A DNA stretch of 64,000 nucleotides from a phage: sequence record PZ445488.1. One strand, written 5' to 3'. The stretch's first letter is position 1. Each line of letters begins with the position of its first letter. Shown piece by piece: positions 1 to 9,150 of the stretch. Under the pieces are notes generated by a model. It was given only the letters and a program-made list of their open reading frames with translations. It was not told the DNA's origin and did not search any database. The position numbers were made by a program, and so were the translations under genes.

Positions 1-398
1 GCATACGTTGCAATAATCATTGCTTCTTCACGCGTCCAGTAATTAGAGTATTGGTCAATAAAGCCTTGGTCGTCACCACAAACTTGTTGCGAGACTAATT
101 GAGGACCAACTATATCAAGTACTTCAGCCATATCTTTAGAGTAATGACGAACTCCAGGAATAACCAGAGTTCCACCGCTCTTCAATTTAAACCTATTAGC
201 TGCACATACTATAACACGTTGAACTTTTTGGTCATTGTTCCAATAGCACGTTTGCCAACAGATTTCAGGAACTTCATTCATTATATCATCAGCAGAATAA
301 TTATAACCGTATGACTGGAATTTTTCTGCTAGACTTTCAGGAGTCTCACGAGACAAGGCCAAATCTAATAGCTCTAAACGTTCTTTAAATGATTTCAT
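1..398 (-). CDS. hypothetical protein, N-terminal part only (gene runs off the window start)
   Basis: Minus-strand frame open from ATG (398-396) to position 1; ATG overlaps the TGA of the upstream ORF (ATGA coupling). Not in the ORF track because it has no stop in the window. Confidence 0.4.
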   Translation of the reverse strand, partial: MKSFKERLELLDLALSRETPESLAEKFQSYGYNYSADDIMNEVPEICWQTCYWNNDQKVQRVIVCAANRFKLKSGGTLVIPGVRHYSKDMAEVLDIVGPQLVSQQVCGDDQGFIDQYSNYWTREEAMIIATY

Positions 399-739
399 TT
401 AAACCATTCCTTAATACGTTGCCAAATAGATTTTTGTGCTTGTTTATTTACACCAATCGAACGAATAACCGGTTGTGACTGCTGATATTCTTTATAATCT
501 TCTTTATAGATTTCGTAAGCTGCATCAACAAATGAACTGATCGCTGCCATAAAGTTTTTACGTATACCGCCAGGAGCTACTCCATTAGGGAATTCGGAAT
601 TTTCGCGAATAATTAAATATAACCCAGCTCTAACTTTAACGATAGTTCCAAGATAAGCCCCGTGGTACCAAATATCCCATCCTTCCTGAGTAGGTTCTGC
701 ACATTTACGAAGTTCGTTAATAATATTCAGCTTATTCAT
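395..739 (-). CDS. hypothetical protein (114 aa)
   Basis: Track ORF on operon strand, directly downstream of motA; no motif recognised. Confidence 0.5.
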   Translation of the reverse strand: MNKLNIINELRKCAEPTQEGWDIWYHGAYLGTIVKVRAGLYLIIRENSEFPNGVAPGGIRKNFMAAISSFVDAAYEIYKEDYKEYQQSQPVIRSIGVNKQAQKSIWQRIKEWFK

Positions 740-749
740 TATGTATTCC

Positions 750-1382
750 TCACAGTACGTTAGTTACAAGGGTAATGATTTCTTTAGACACATTAGGGAA
801 GTCAATGTAAGTATATTTACCACCGATCTTAATCTTAACATCATTTTCAAGAGAAGTAAACAGCTTTGATTCAGTTTCTGACATGTTGTATGCAAAGATT
901 CTAAGAGCGCCATCTCGTCGAATTTCAATTTGGCGAATGCCTAGAACTCGTTTAGCGAATCGAACTTCTAAGTTACTACGGTTTTCACCAATTTCTTTAA
1001 CTTCAACTTTATCTTTAATATTTTCAAAAACAAAGTTTGCTAATTCATGCATTTCAGGAGTAACTCCACGTGCTTTTCTGGTGTTACGTTTCTGAAGAAG
1101 TTCTGGAGCATTTTCTTGAGCAAATAGGTCTGCAGCTTTTTGGATAATATCCATTGCTTCGCCGGTTGCCACAAGTCCATCACCAGATTTTTCGACTAAA
1201 CCTTTCTTAATCAATACACCAATGTTAGAGTTAACAACTGATGCATTGTATTCTGCTTCCAGAGCTTCACGGACATTGGCAGCAGTGGTGAAGTTGTTCT
1301 TAATGATATAAACCATTATTGCAGCAGTTTTTTCATTCAGAGTGTTTTCAGAAGCTTTGATGATGTAAGTAACTTTAGACAT
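750..1382 (-). CDS. motA: MotA, activator of middle transcription
   Basis: 210 aa; N-terminus MSKVTYIIKAS...NSNIGVLIKKGLVEKSGDG...AQENAPELL matches recalled T4 MotA (211 aa); adjacent to gene 52 as in T4. Confidence 0.8.
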   Translation of the reverse strand: MSKVTYIIKASENTLNEKTAAIMVYIIKNNFTTAANVREALEAEYNASVVNSNIGVLIKKGLVEKSGDGLVATGEAMDIIQKAADLFAQENAPELLQKRNTRKARGVTPEMHELANFVFENIKDKVEVKEIGENRSNLEVRFAKRVLGIRQIEIRRDGALRIFAYNMSETESKLFTSLENDVKIKIGGKYTYIDFPNVSKEIITLVTNVL

Positions 1383-1410
1383 TTTATTTCTCCAAATTAG
1401 TATTTTTTTT

Positions 1411-1449
1411 TGATAGGTCTATAATATCATGTTTGAAGCAAAAGTAAAC
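1411..1449 (-). promoter_or_regulatory. early promoter with embedded stem-loop (PeSL-like), upstream of motA
   Basis: Plus strand tgataggtctataatatcatgtttgaagcaaaagtaaac; on minus strand reads GTTTAC(-35)-spacer-TATTAT(-10); near-identical copy at 1733-1770. Confidence 0.55.
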
Positions 1450-1486
1450 TTTATTTTGGGCTCTTTTTCAAAAGCCCTGGTAAAAT

Positions 1487-1702
1487 TTACAAACTCATTT
1501 CTTTAATAAGGCTAATAAGTTTTGCCTTTTTAGAACGAAGCTTTTCTAAATGATACCCGTTTGAACCGCGAACAACTAAAGAATTGATTTCAACTTCTAA
1601 GAAATTTAATTCTTCAACAAGTGCTTTACGGGGAGCATTCATACCAGGTTTAACTTTACCGAAACGAGTAGTTGTGTTTTGGGTTAATTTCATTTTAGAC
1701 AT
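1487..1702 (-). CDS. hypothetical protein (71 aa)
   Basis: Track ORF between 52 and motA; preceded by its own PeSL-like promoter. Confidence 0.45.
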   Translation of the reverse strand: MSKMKLTQNTTTRFGKVKPGMNAPRKALVEELNFLEVEINSLVVRGSNGYHLEKLRSKKAKLISLIKEMSL

Positions 1703-1732
1703 TTTATTTCTCCAATTTGGTTGTTTTGTTTT

Positions 1733-1770
1733 GATAGGTCTATAATATCATGTTTGAAGCACATGTAAAC
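1733..1770 (-). promoter_or_regulatory. early promoter with embedded stem-loop (PeSL-like)
   Basis: gataggtctataatatcatgtttgaagcacatgtaaac; duplicate of the 1411-1449 element. Confidence 0.55.
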
Positions 1771-1782
1771 TGTTTTGTGAGG

Positions 1783-1812
1783 AAAAATGCACAAAAGGGA
1801 GCTTCGGCTCCC
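1783..1812 (-). terminator. intrinsic terminator downstream of gene 52
   Basis: GC stem gggagc/gctccc (1797-1812) with 4-nt loop; minus-strand RNA followed by U-rich run UUUUGUGCAUUUUU. Confidence 0.5.
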
Positions 1813-1888
1813 TAATCATGTTTGTCCAACCAATACAACCAAATCACTAGTGCAGCTATTGCACTGAGAAATCCTAAGGCTAGGGCAC

Positions 1889-3214
1889 TCAAAGTGCCTC
1901 CAAGTCTTTAGTGTACTCTGTCACAACATCAGTAGACTTCCAATACTCATTTTCTTCTTTCTTAGCTTTAGCTTCTTCTGCTAGTTTACGTGCTTCATCG
2001 GAAGTGATATGGAAGATGTTAAGACCTACCAGTTTATCGACATGTTCTTTATACATTTCGATTTGTGCTAGCTCTTCGGTCAAAGCTTTACGAGTCTTGC
2101 CCTGAATCACAATTTCGCCACTGATAACTTTTTTGATGAAGTGTGCCTTAGCAAAAGCAAGTTTAAATGCTTTTTCAGATTCAAGGATTTTGTTGTCAAT
2201 ACGTTTCTGAACGTAAGTCTTACGGACTTCAACAAAATCTTTGATTAAGTCCACTACGTTATCGTAGACTGCTAATTTACCCTTTTCATTAATCACTGTG
2301 ATGTTTTGTGAACGACGTTCGATGAGACTAAAATCTTTCATGATTTTTTCATGACGTAGATCTTCATCATCAGGAAGCGAGTACTCTTTACGGAACTTCA
2401 CCTTAAACCCAAAGCCGTGTTCACCACAATCATCTTCCCATGAGATTAGACCTTTGTCTTCCAACGGGTCAAGAACCTTACTCACATACGTTTCACGGTC
2501 GAATTTATATGGGATTTCAGTTATCTGCATTTGAGTACGAGATGTGAACTTGTATGTTCCGTGAATCTCATAACGCCCATCAACTTCATGCACTTCACCA
2601 CGGAATTCCGGGAATTCAACTTTTGGCTTAGTGACATTTTTACCTTGAAGAGCTTGTAATACAGCCTTTTTGACTGATTTAAAACTATGAGGCAGAATAT
2701 TTGTTGCGTAACCGGTTGCAATACCAGAGACGCCATTCAAAAGAACTGTCGGAATAATAGGAAGATAGAATTTTGGTGGAACGTGTTCTTTATCTTCGTG
2801 AGCTGGAGCATATTCAGTATCTTTATATACGTTATAGAAATTTTTACTTACACGAGCAAAAATATAACGAGATGCTGCAGCTTTTTGGACTGTTCTAGAA
2901 CCAAAGTTGCCTTGGCCATCTAACAGTGGATAATTGTTGTTCCATGTGTTAGCCATTAATGCACCTGCATCTTGTGCAGAAGATTCACCATGGTGATAAC
3001 CTAAATCTGCAACACCGCCTGCAATTGACGCAAGTTTATGAAATTTTTCTTTATTACCACGAGCCAAATCTAATGCACGATGAACCACAAAACGTTGAAC
3101 CGGCTTAAATCCATCAATCATGTTTGGGATTGCACGGTTTTCAACGGTGTACATAGCATATGCTAAGGCTTCGTTATCAATAATACTTTTTAGATTACGA
3201 GAATTCAATTGCAT
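1889..3214 (-). CDS. 52: DNA topoisomerase II medium subunit (GyrA-like)
   Basis: 441 aa (T4 gp52 is 442 aa); GyrA/ParC-like breakage-reunion region; position beside motA. Confidence 0.85.
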   Translation of the reverse strand: MQLNSRNLKSIIDNEALAYAMYTVENRAIPNMIDGFKPVQRFVVHRALDLARGNKEKFHKLASIAGGVADLGYHHGESSAQDAGALMANTWNNNYPLLDGQGNFGSRTVQKAAASRYIFARVSKNFYNVYKDTEYAPAHEDKEHVPPKFYLPIIPTVLLNGVSGIATGYATNILPHSFKSVKKAVLQALQGKNVTKPKVEFPEFRGEVHEVDGRYEIHGTYKFTSRTQMQITEIPYKFDRETYVSKVLDPLEDKGLISWEDDCGEHGFGFKVKFRKEYSLPDDEDLRHEKIMKDFSLIERRSQNITVINEKGKLAVYDNVVDLIKDFVEVRKTYVQKRIDNKILESEKAFKLAFAKAHFIKKVISGEIVIQGKTRKALTEELAQIEMYKEHVDKLVGLNIFHITSDEARKLAEEAKAKKEENEYWKSTDVVTEYTKDLEAL

Positions 3215-3218
3215 ATTT

Positions 3219-3359
3219 TCACCATATTAATGAACGAATAACCATTATAACATCTGAAATGAAAAGCACTACTTGGATTAGTCCAAACATCACACCATAG
3301 TACAGAACCGTAAGCAACAACAAGAGCCCGAAGGCTCCTGCTAAGATTTTCTTAATCAT
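3219..3359 (-). CDS. small hydrophobic peptide (46 aa)
   Basis: Hand-translated MIKKILAGAFGLLLLLTVLYYGV...; start overlaps stop of next small ORF (TAATG); but contains a GAGCC-UUCG-GGCUC hairpin, so could be terminator sequence rather than coding. Confidence 0.3.
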   Translation of the reverse strand: MIKKILAGAFGLLLLLTVLYYGVMFGLIQVVLFISDVIMVIRSLIW

Positions 3360-3505
3360 TACTCGCCTTTTAATACGTTAAGAAGAGCTAAGACCGCTAA
3401 GGTACCTTGTGATACAGCCTGTTGAAATACTGTTGTTTCGCCTGTAACTAAAGTGTTAACGAATAAAAACGACCAACACAGCAATGCAATAATCCATGCT
3501 ACCAT
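3359..3505 (-). CDS. small membrane peptide (48 aa)
   Basis: Hand-translated MVAWIIALLCWSFLFVNTLVTGE...; GAGG Shine-Dalgarno 7 nt upstream; at the T4 ac/stp-equivalent position. Confidence 0.3.
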   Translation of the reverse strand: MVAWIIALLCWSFLFVNTLVTGETTVFQQAVSQGTLAVLALLNVLKGE

Positions 3506-3557
3506 TTTAATTACCTCAAAAATAAATTAAAGGCCTAACTTAATAGGCCTGTATAAA

Positions 3558-4004
3558 TTAGTAACTCTGCAGAATAAATTTGAAATTATCGGCCAGAAGA
3601 CGGTTCATTTCAGTGAGTGTTTGATATTCTGATGTATGGTTGCGAGTGAACGCTAGAGCCAATTGTCCTTTACCATAACCGGTAGTTAGGGGTTTCATGT
3701 TCTTAGCTGAAACAAAGATTACATCATATTCAATATTATTAGTGCCCATGGTACGGGCGAGTTGTGAGCGGCCTTGACGAATGTGAGAAAGAATTGCATC
3801 CAACCCTTGTTTAGAACGTTGACGTCCTACAAAGAATCGTGCTGCTACTTGTCGCCAATCAGATGAACCTTTAACAAAGAAGTAAAAACCTTCACGAGAA
3901 CGAAACTCTTTAGAAACTTCAGAACCGTATTCACCATTACGAACTACTGCAACAACTTCACCGCCAACTGCCAGAAGGTCTTTACGAGTTAAATATTTGG
4001 ACAT
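3558..4004 (-). CDS. ndd: nucleoid disruption protein Ndd-like
   Basis: 148 aa (T4 Ndd 151 aa); C-terminal block [13 protein letters not shown]...[39 protein letters not shown] matches recalled Ndd; between rIIB and 52 as in T4. Confidence 0.55.
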   Translation of the reverse strand: MSKYLTRKDLLAVGGEVVAVVRNGEYGSEVSKEFRSREGFYFFVKGSSDWRQVAARFFVGRQRSKQGLDAILSHIRQGRSQLARTMGTNNIEYDVIFVSAKNMKPLTTGYGKGQLALAFTRNHTSEYQTLTEMNRLLADNFKFILQSY

Positions 4005-4042
4005 GCTAATTTCCTCAATTGATTAATGTTTTTGTAATCCAT

Positions 4043-4078
4043 GAGAGCATTATACTCTGCTCTCAAGAGTTTGTACAA
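4043..4078 (-). promoter_or_regulatory. early promoter upstream of ndd
   Basis: Minus strand TGTACA(-35)-17 nt-TATAAT(-10) (plus attata 4049-4054); same element repeated at 48952-48986. Confidence 0.5.
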
Positions 4079-4080
4079 TT

Positions 4081-4281
4081 TTATTCGGTTATATCAGAAC
4101 GTTCAAAAAGCTCTTCAACAGTTAAACATTCAGTGTCATCCTCAATAAAGAATCGAGTCCAACACGTTGGGGCGATACAGTTATGAGTTTGTCCGGTGAT
4201 AGAAGCTACACGAATAAGCTGCTGACCATTATTCAGAACAAATTTTTCACCAATTTCAACATCTTTAAAAAGCTTAGCCAT
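4081..4281 (-). CDS. hypothetical protein (66 aa)
   Basis: Track ORF with own PeSL-like promoter. Confidence 0.45.
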   Translation of the reverse strand: MAKLFKDVEIGEKFVLNNGQQLIRVASITGQTHNCIAPTCWTRFFIEDDTECLTVEELFERSDITE

Positions 4282-4300
4282 TTTGTGTTCCTCATGTTTT

Positions 4301-4339
4301 GATAGGACTACTATACCATAATCCTATCGTGATGTAAAC
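4301..4339 (-). promoter_or_regulatory. early promoter with embedded stem-loop (PeSL-like)
   Basis: gataggactactataccataatcctatcgtgatgtaaac; stem gatagga/tcctatc; GTTTAC on minus strand. Confidence 0.5.
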
Positions 4340-4531
4340 AATTAAATTACATTAAAATATGTTAAAGCCAGCCATGTTCCAGTGAACGAACATGCAATGT
4401 AAAAACCCGTATCACAAATTGTTCTTAGTACAATAAGAAGTGCATTTTTCATAAGTACCTCAACACAATTGAAAATATTATACAAATCATTGGGATACTA
4501 AGCAACCATATTCCTATCCACATTTTAGAGC

Positions 4532-4795
4532 TCATATCTCAACTTCCGCGAGTTCCATATATCCTTTGTTGATAACCTCTTTAAGGTCTTTAGAAAGAAT
4601 AACACCAAAATGGTCGTTCATATGTCCATTAACTAAACGAGTTATTTCGGCTTCAGATGACATATAAGGCACGTCTGAGTCCCAATGAGATAGACCCAAA
4701 TGGGTATAAATCATCCCTTCGTCATCTGCAGTGTTGTACATTGAAACAAATTCGCCTGTTACTTTATGTTTTGCGTAGAAAAATTTAAATTTCAT
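4532..4795 (-). CDS. hypothetical protein (87 aa)
   Basis: Track ORF with own PeSL-like promoter. Confidence 0.45.
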   Translation of the reverse strand: MKFKFFYAKHKVTGEFVSMYNTADDEGMIYTHLGLSHWDSDVPYMSSEAEITRLVNGHMNDHFGVILSKDLKEVINKGYMELAEVEI

Positions 4796-4812
4796 GATGT
4801 TATCCTCTTTTA

Positions 4813-4851
4813 GATAGGACTACTATATCATAGTCCTACTTAGTTGTAAAC
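4813..4851 (-). promoter_or_regulatory. early promoter with embedded stem-loop (PeSL-like)
   Basis: gataggactactatatcatagtcctacttagttgtaaac; stem aggacta/tagtcct. Confidence 0.5.
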
Positions 4852-4863
4852 ACTTTTGTGAAA

Positions 4864-5484
4864 TTAAAGATGAAGATACCACCCGTTGTAGTTGCTCTTG
4901 CGGACGATTTTCTTTAGGTCTTCATGGTCTCCCACGAACTTTATAGAATAAGAGAAGACGTCAGGTGAGGTTTCTTTGACATCTAATATAATAATGCAAT
5001 CTGCGACTCGATGGTTCAAGAAGGGCCCTATATTGATTCCATTACCACCCGGATAATCACCACTGTATCCTGTGGTAACCGAAATCCATTTCGAATCCAT
5101 CTGATGGGTCTTTACTTCTACGCGTAGACCACAGTACTTAGGATGAGCTAAAACGTCCCATGCATACGTGTACGGGTCTTCTACGTCTTCATTACCTTTA
5201 TTAACATATCCGTCTAGCCAATTTGCTACTACATACTCTGCAAAGACTGCAACCTTACAACGTCGAACAACGTCTTCTTTTATTTGACCTGGATCTTGTT
5301 TCAACGAGTACCGAGCAGTATCAGCGATCTTAACCTTCATTTCGCTAGTCAAAAACTCATTCGACAGGATAAATGTCGGAAGACTCTTCAGCCTCAACAG
5401 TCCCAAGTTCGTCTTTACCATAGATACCTCTAATGTGTAGTTCGCCAAAATAAATGCGGTCACCTTCTTCAAGATATTCTGCAT
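4864..5484 (-). CDS. hypothetical protein at the denB-syntenic position (start uncertain; 159-206 aa)
   Basis: Track ORF; the 5' end overlaps the upstream ORF in another frame, so an internal Met (5421 or 5340) is the likelier start. Identity with endonuclease IV not established. Confidence 0.4.
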   Translation of the reverse strand: MQNILKKVTAFILANYTLEVSMVKTNLGLLRLKSLPTFILSNEFLTSEMKVKIADTARYSLKQDPGQIKEDVVRRCKVAVFAEYVVANWLDGYVNKGNEDVEDPYTYAWDVLAHPKYCGLRVEVKTHQMDSKWISVTTGYSGDYPGGNGINIGPFLNHRVADCIIILDVKETSPDVFSYSIKFVGDHEDLKKIVRKSNYNGWYLHL

Positions 5485-5644
5485 CTACCGGTGGGATTTC
5501 AATAACAACTTCGTCACATTCTAACCAGCCATAGTGTGCATCACCTGGGTGTTTTACCAATTTAGCGCAATACACTGATTTACATTTATGATGGCCACGA
5601 AGATTAGCGATTTTGGATTCTGATACGTCAAATGGATGAATCAT
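5357..5644 (-). CDS. hypothetical protein (95 aa)
   Basis: Track ORF 5357-5683 trimmed to the Met at 5644 because the first 13 codons are the rIIB terminator hairpin. Confidence 0.4.
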   Translation of the reverse strand: MIHPFDVSESKIANLRGHHKCKSVYCAKLVKHPGDAHYGWLECDEVVIEIPPVDAEYLEEGDRIYFGELHIRGIYGKDELGTVEAEESSDIYPVE

Positions 5645-5654
5645 AATTACCCCT

Positions 5655-5681
5655 AAAGAAAAAAAGGGGACCGAAGTCCCC
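5655..5681 (-). terminator. intrinsic terminator downstream of rIIB
   Basis: Minus-strand RNA GGGGAC-UUCG-GUCCCC followed by UUUUUUUCUUU. Confidence 0.65.
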
Positions 5682-5686
5682 AATTA

Positions 5687-6622
5687 TTATTCTGCAAATA
5701 ATTCAGTAACGTCTGAAATTACTTCATAACGACAAGTACGCATCTTAGCATCACCATAGTCAACTGGGATGGATACAACATCACGTGGATGAACTTTAAC
5801 CTTCACAACTTTATCTGAGCTTGAACCAAAGTGGCGAATATAAGATTTAGCACAAACGTGGAGACCGCGAGAACAGGTTTGAGTATCATCGTCGTTAACT
5901 CGAGTACGAGGCATTGAAACAACTTTACCTGGGGAGTTATCAAATGTACCACTATAGCAGTCTAAATAGTCCTTACGAACTACTTTCCACGCATAGAAAT
6001 GACCATCTTCAGTGATTTCAATATCATTTGCAACCAAGAAGTCGAATAAACGTTGTACAGCTTTTTCGCTTGGGTTTTCTAACAGGTTTTCAAGGAACGG
6101 CAGATAGAATTTAAAGTCTTCGCCTTTTTCCATGGAATCAATAATACGATTAACCAAGCCAGAACGAATCTCTATACCTTGATAAAATAAACTACCACCT
6201 TCAATAACAACATTACCGTCAACAAACTTACTAATAGCTTTCTTGATGTTAATAAGTTCGACAGCTTTACTAAGGTTTCCTGCGACCAGATTAGCTTTAA
6301 TTTCTTCAAAATTTGCATGACTTGATGGGGTCGCATTGTATGCTACGCGTCCTTCAATAATTGAAATAAATTTAGATGACGCGTTCCATACTATTTCAGG
6401 ACGATGTCCGCCGATAATAGGTTCATTATTTTCTTGGACCTGTTCTTCGTCTTCAAATTCAGCTGCTTTCTCTTCAGCTTTAAAGTTCTTAACAATCTTA
6501 CGAAGAGTGTCAGTGGAAATATTGAAGTAATCAGCAATTTCCCGACGGGTCCATTGGCCTGATTTAACCAGACCGTAAGCTTCTAACTGTTCTTCTTGAG
6601 ACAAGCATTTAATATTGTACAT
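5687..6622 (-). CDS. rIIB: rIIB rapid-lysis/membrane integrity protein
   Basis: 311 aa (T4 rIIB 312 aa), immediately downstream of rIIA. Confidence 0.75.
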   Translation of the reverse strand: MYNIKCLSQEEQLEAYGLVKSGQWTRREIADYFNISTDTLRKIVKNFKAEEKAAEFEDEEQVQENNEPIIGGHRPEIVWNASSKFISIIEGRVAYNATPSSHANFEEIKANLVAGNLSKAVELINIKKAISKFVDGNVVIEGGSLFYQGIEIRSGLVNRIIDSMEKGEDFKFYLPFLENLLENPSEKAVQRLFDFLVANDIEITEDGHFYAWKVVRKDYLDCYSGTFDNSPGKVVSMPRTRVNDDDTQTCSRGLHVCAKSYIRHFGSSSDKVVKVKVHPRDVVSIPVDYGDAKMRTCRYEVISDVTELFAE

Positions 6623-6631
6623 AATGTTTCC

Positions 6632-8845
6632 TTATTTGGCTGCTTCCACAGCCTTCATGAATTTAACGATTTGAGCGACTTGTTCTTTAGAAAGAGTACC
6701 ACGTCGTCCCATGTAGTCTGACACAATATGATAATTGGTTTCGAATTCAATAACCATTTTATCATCATTATCGTAAGCATTATCTTTAAGCTTATCGAAA
6801 ATTTTAGCACACAATTCTAACTTCTTATTCAGGTCTGTATTAGTAGCACCTGCGAATCGATTCCATCCCCAACGATTATTTACTGTTGAGAGTTTTGCAA
6901 AGTCTTTACTGATTTCTTTGTTCTTAGAGCTAAAATACTTACTAAGGAAGTTAAGCTCTTCATTACGAGTAATATGATTCAAATAAGGCTGTGCTCTACG
7001 ACTTGGTGATACATACTCATCATAATCTACTTTATCGATTAGCGTAATATAGTCATTAATTGATTTTTCGAACAAGCATTCTACTTCACCAAGTTTACGA
7101 ACTTTCTTAGCAATCTGTGGACGAACTACAGTGAACTCTTTAATACCTGACAAATCAGCAATACGGGTCAAGAAATTGGAGTCATAGTTCAACCAACCTT
7201 TATCTGCGTCAAGACATTCAGCATTAGAACGATTACGAACTATAGCATAACCTTGGATTTCATCTGCTTCACTTGCCGGAATAAAGAGGTCTTCTGATAC
7301 CCAAACATCGTTTTCATTCTTAAAGAATCGATGAGCACTTGGGGATTTAGGACGAGGCTCATTAGTCCGTTTCCTGACTTCAATCCATGGCTTAACGATT
7401 TGTAAAAGCTCTGAAGTCTTGTACATGTTAATGTTGTCGCCATCAAAGATAACTTTAAGGCGTTCCAGAAGTTTCATTGCATCTTCGTCTGTAGGGTCAA
7501 CGAATAGTACGCTTTTACCAAAACCGCGTGGAACTTTACCGGTTAATTTAACCTCGTCTTTAGACATTTCAATTGAATTAAGAGCTCGCATTAATGGAAC
7601 GCGTCCCTTAACGTCGTCAATAACAATTTCAACGTTTTTAATGTTAATGCCAATCAGGCTGTTAATTGAAATAGTTGATGATGAGCTACCACTTTCACGA
7701 ATACGACGAAGACGAGGGGATTCAACGATATCGTATACGACGCCAAGATTACACCACTCAGGCCCCATTTTAAAACGTTTGTACAACTCAGAATAAGTTA
7801 GTTGTTCTTTAGAGTATTTCAGTGATTCAATATTAGACCCGGCCTTTTCCATGTATTTACGAGCGGTATAGCCAAGAGAATCAATTTCACGGAACACATG
7901 ACGTGGGTATTTACAATCAATCCATTTCTTAGAATCTTCAGCGAACAATTTAGCATCGATTTCTGCAACGCGTTTATGGATATTTGCTACCGTACGTTTA
8001 TCAAATGACAATGCTTCACGAGACGGAGCTACATCTAGTTCACCCATAGGGAATTTAATATAAGCTGTAGTGCATCGTGTCATCATCCATGTTTGTTCTT
8101 TAATAACACTTCCGATTGGATATACAATACCACCGTAAACAGCCATGATATTACCGCGTTCACCCCATGGAGCTTCCTTGGCCAAATATACATCATCAAA
8201 TTCAGGGAAGTATTTAATATCTTTAACACCACGAACTTCTGCAATATCACCTAGAGGACGCATAACATATGCAATTTCGGATGCGAACTTTTCAAAATCT
8301 TCCGGGTTAACCGGTACGACTACTTCTACACCAGTACGGTCATCAGGACCCATCTTATCTACAAAGGTCGGCTTAATTTGTGGACCCGTATCATCTTGGT
8401 AGATTACGTAACCACGAACTTCGCCGTTGTGATAAGACGTAAGGTTAAACGTATCGGTATATGCTAGCGGAGCTTTAGAGCCGAGTCCGAATCCACCGAT
8501 GAAATCGTTACTCGATGTTTTAGTTGAAGCAAAATATGAGTTATAGATTCCTGGCTCTTCGTCATTACCTCGAATGGTGAAATCGCTCATACCAGGACCA
8601 AAGTCTCGAACTACAAAACGTGGGTCTAAACGACCTGGAGCCTGAACAATAAACTTATCAGTGCAACCGTTAAGAATTTGTCCATCGATACAGTTTGTAA
8701 TTAATTCACGTACACAAGCCAATTCTTTGTTTGTATAAAGGTCATTAGACAAAATCTTATAAACTTTGCTATTGCCTTGAATAGTGAATGCTGTGCTCTT
8801 ACCACCGGAACCAATAATCGTTTCTTTAGCAGTTTCAATAATCAT
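6632..8845 (-). CDS. rIIA: rIIA rapid-lysis/membrane integrity protein
   Basis: 737 aa (T4 rIIA 725 aa); N-terminal ATPase-like region; synteny with rIIB and topoisomerase genes. Confidence 0.8.
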   Translation of the reverse strand: MIIETAKETIIGSGGKSTAFTIQGNSKVYKILSNDLYTNKELACVRELITNCIDGQILNGCTDKFIVQAPGRLDPRFVVRDFGPGMSDFTIRGNDEEPGIYNSYFASTKTSSNDFIGGFGLGSKAPLAYTDTFNLTSYHNGEVRGYVIYQDDTGPQIKPTFVDKMGPDDRTGVEVVVPVNPEDFEKFASEIAYVMRPLGDIAEVRGVKDIKYFPEFDDVYLAKEAPWGERGNIMAVYGGIVYPIGSVIKEQTWMMTRCTTAYIKFPMGELDVAPSREALSFDKRTVANIHKRVAEIDAKLFAEDSKKWIDCKYPRHVFREIDSLGYTARKYMEKAGSNIESLKYSKEQLTYSELYKRFKMGPEWCNLGVVYDIVESPRLRRIRESGSSSSTISINSLIGINIKNVEIVIDDVKGRVPLMRALNSIEMSKDEVKLTGKVPRGFGKSVLFVDPTDEDAMKLLERLKVIFDGDNINMYKTSELLQIVKPWIEVRKRTNEPRPKSPSAHRFFKNENDVWVSEDLFIPASEADEIQGYAIVRNRSNAECLDADKGWLNYDSNFLTRIADLSGIKEFTVVRPQIAKKVRKLGEVECLFEKSINDYITLIDKVDYDEYVSPSRRAQPYLNHITRNEELNFLSKYFSSKNKEISKDFAKLSTVNNRWGWNRFAGATNTDLNKKLELCAKIFDKLKDNAYDNDDKMVIEFETNYHIVSDYMGRRGTLSKEQVAQIVKFMKAVEAAK

Positions 8846-8857
8846 ATTTTTCTCTCA

Positions 8858-9058
8858 TCACAAGTTACGTTTAAAAATTTCTGCTACTTCAAGAAGTTCT
8901 TCTTTAGTAGCTGTATCGGTTTGTATTTTATATCGAATTTCTTTAAAGCGTTCTTTAAAGGACTCTGCTGACTCTATATCAAAAAATCTTTGGATAAGCC
9001 GGAATTCCCGGAGCACTGCTTTATCAAAAAGTTCCAAGTCCACGTTATATGTTCTCAT
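8858..9058 (-). CDS. hypothetical protein (66 aa), rIIA.1-like position
   Basis: Track ORF immediately upstream of rIIA. Confidence 0.45.
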   Translation of the reverse strand: MRTYNVDLELFDKAVLREFRLIQRFFDIESAESFKERFKEIRYKIQTDTATKEELLEVAEIFKRNL

Positions 9059-9150
9059 AATATTCTCTTCAGTAGATTCCTAGGGCACTATTACTAAAGA
9101 CCATATAATCTATCATCTTATGGGTAATAGTGCCTCAGGCGATTCAGGAT

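Noticed and set aside
99-314. Plus-strand 71-aa ORF at the window start
   Set aside because: Antisense to a continuous minus-strand coding frame that runs off the window.
1420-1425. Plus-strand TATAAT in the repeated gataggtctataat elements, as possible plus-strand promoters
   Set aside because: No suitable -35 on the plus strand and no plus-strand genes downstream; the elements read as GTTTAC/-10 promoters on the minus strand.
5645-5683. N-terminal extension of ORF 5357-5683 (MGTSVPFFSLG...)
   Set aside because: These codons are the rIIB terminator hairpin plus U-tract; the start was moved to Met 5644.
7419-7796. Plus-strand track ORFs inside large minus-strand genes (for example 7419-7796 in rIIA, 38520-38960 in gene 43, 44464-44952 in gene 46, 42717-43169, 60859-61215)
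   Set aside because: They lie antisense within well-supported conserved genes, lack RBS and have low-complexity composition; treated as spurious.
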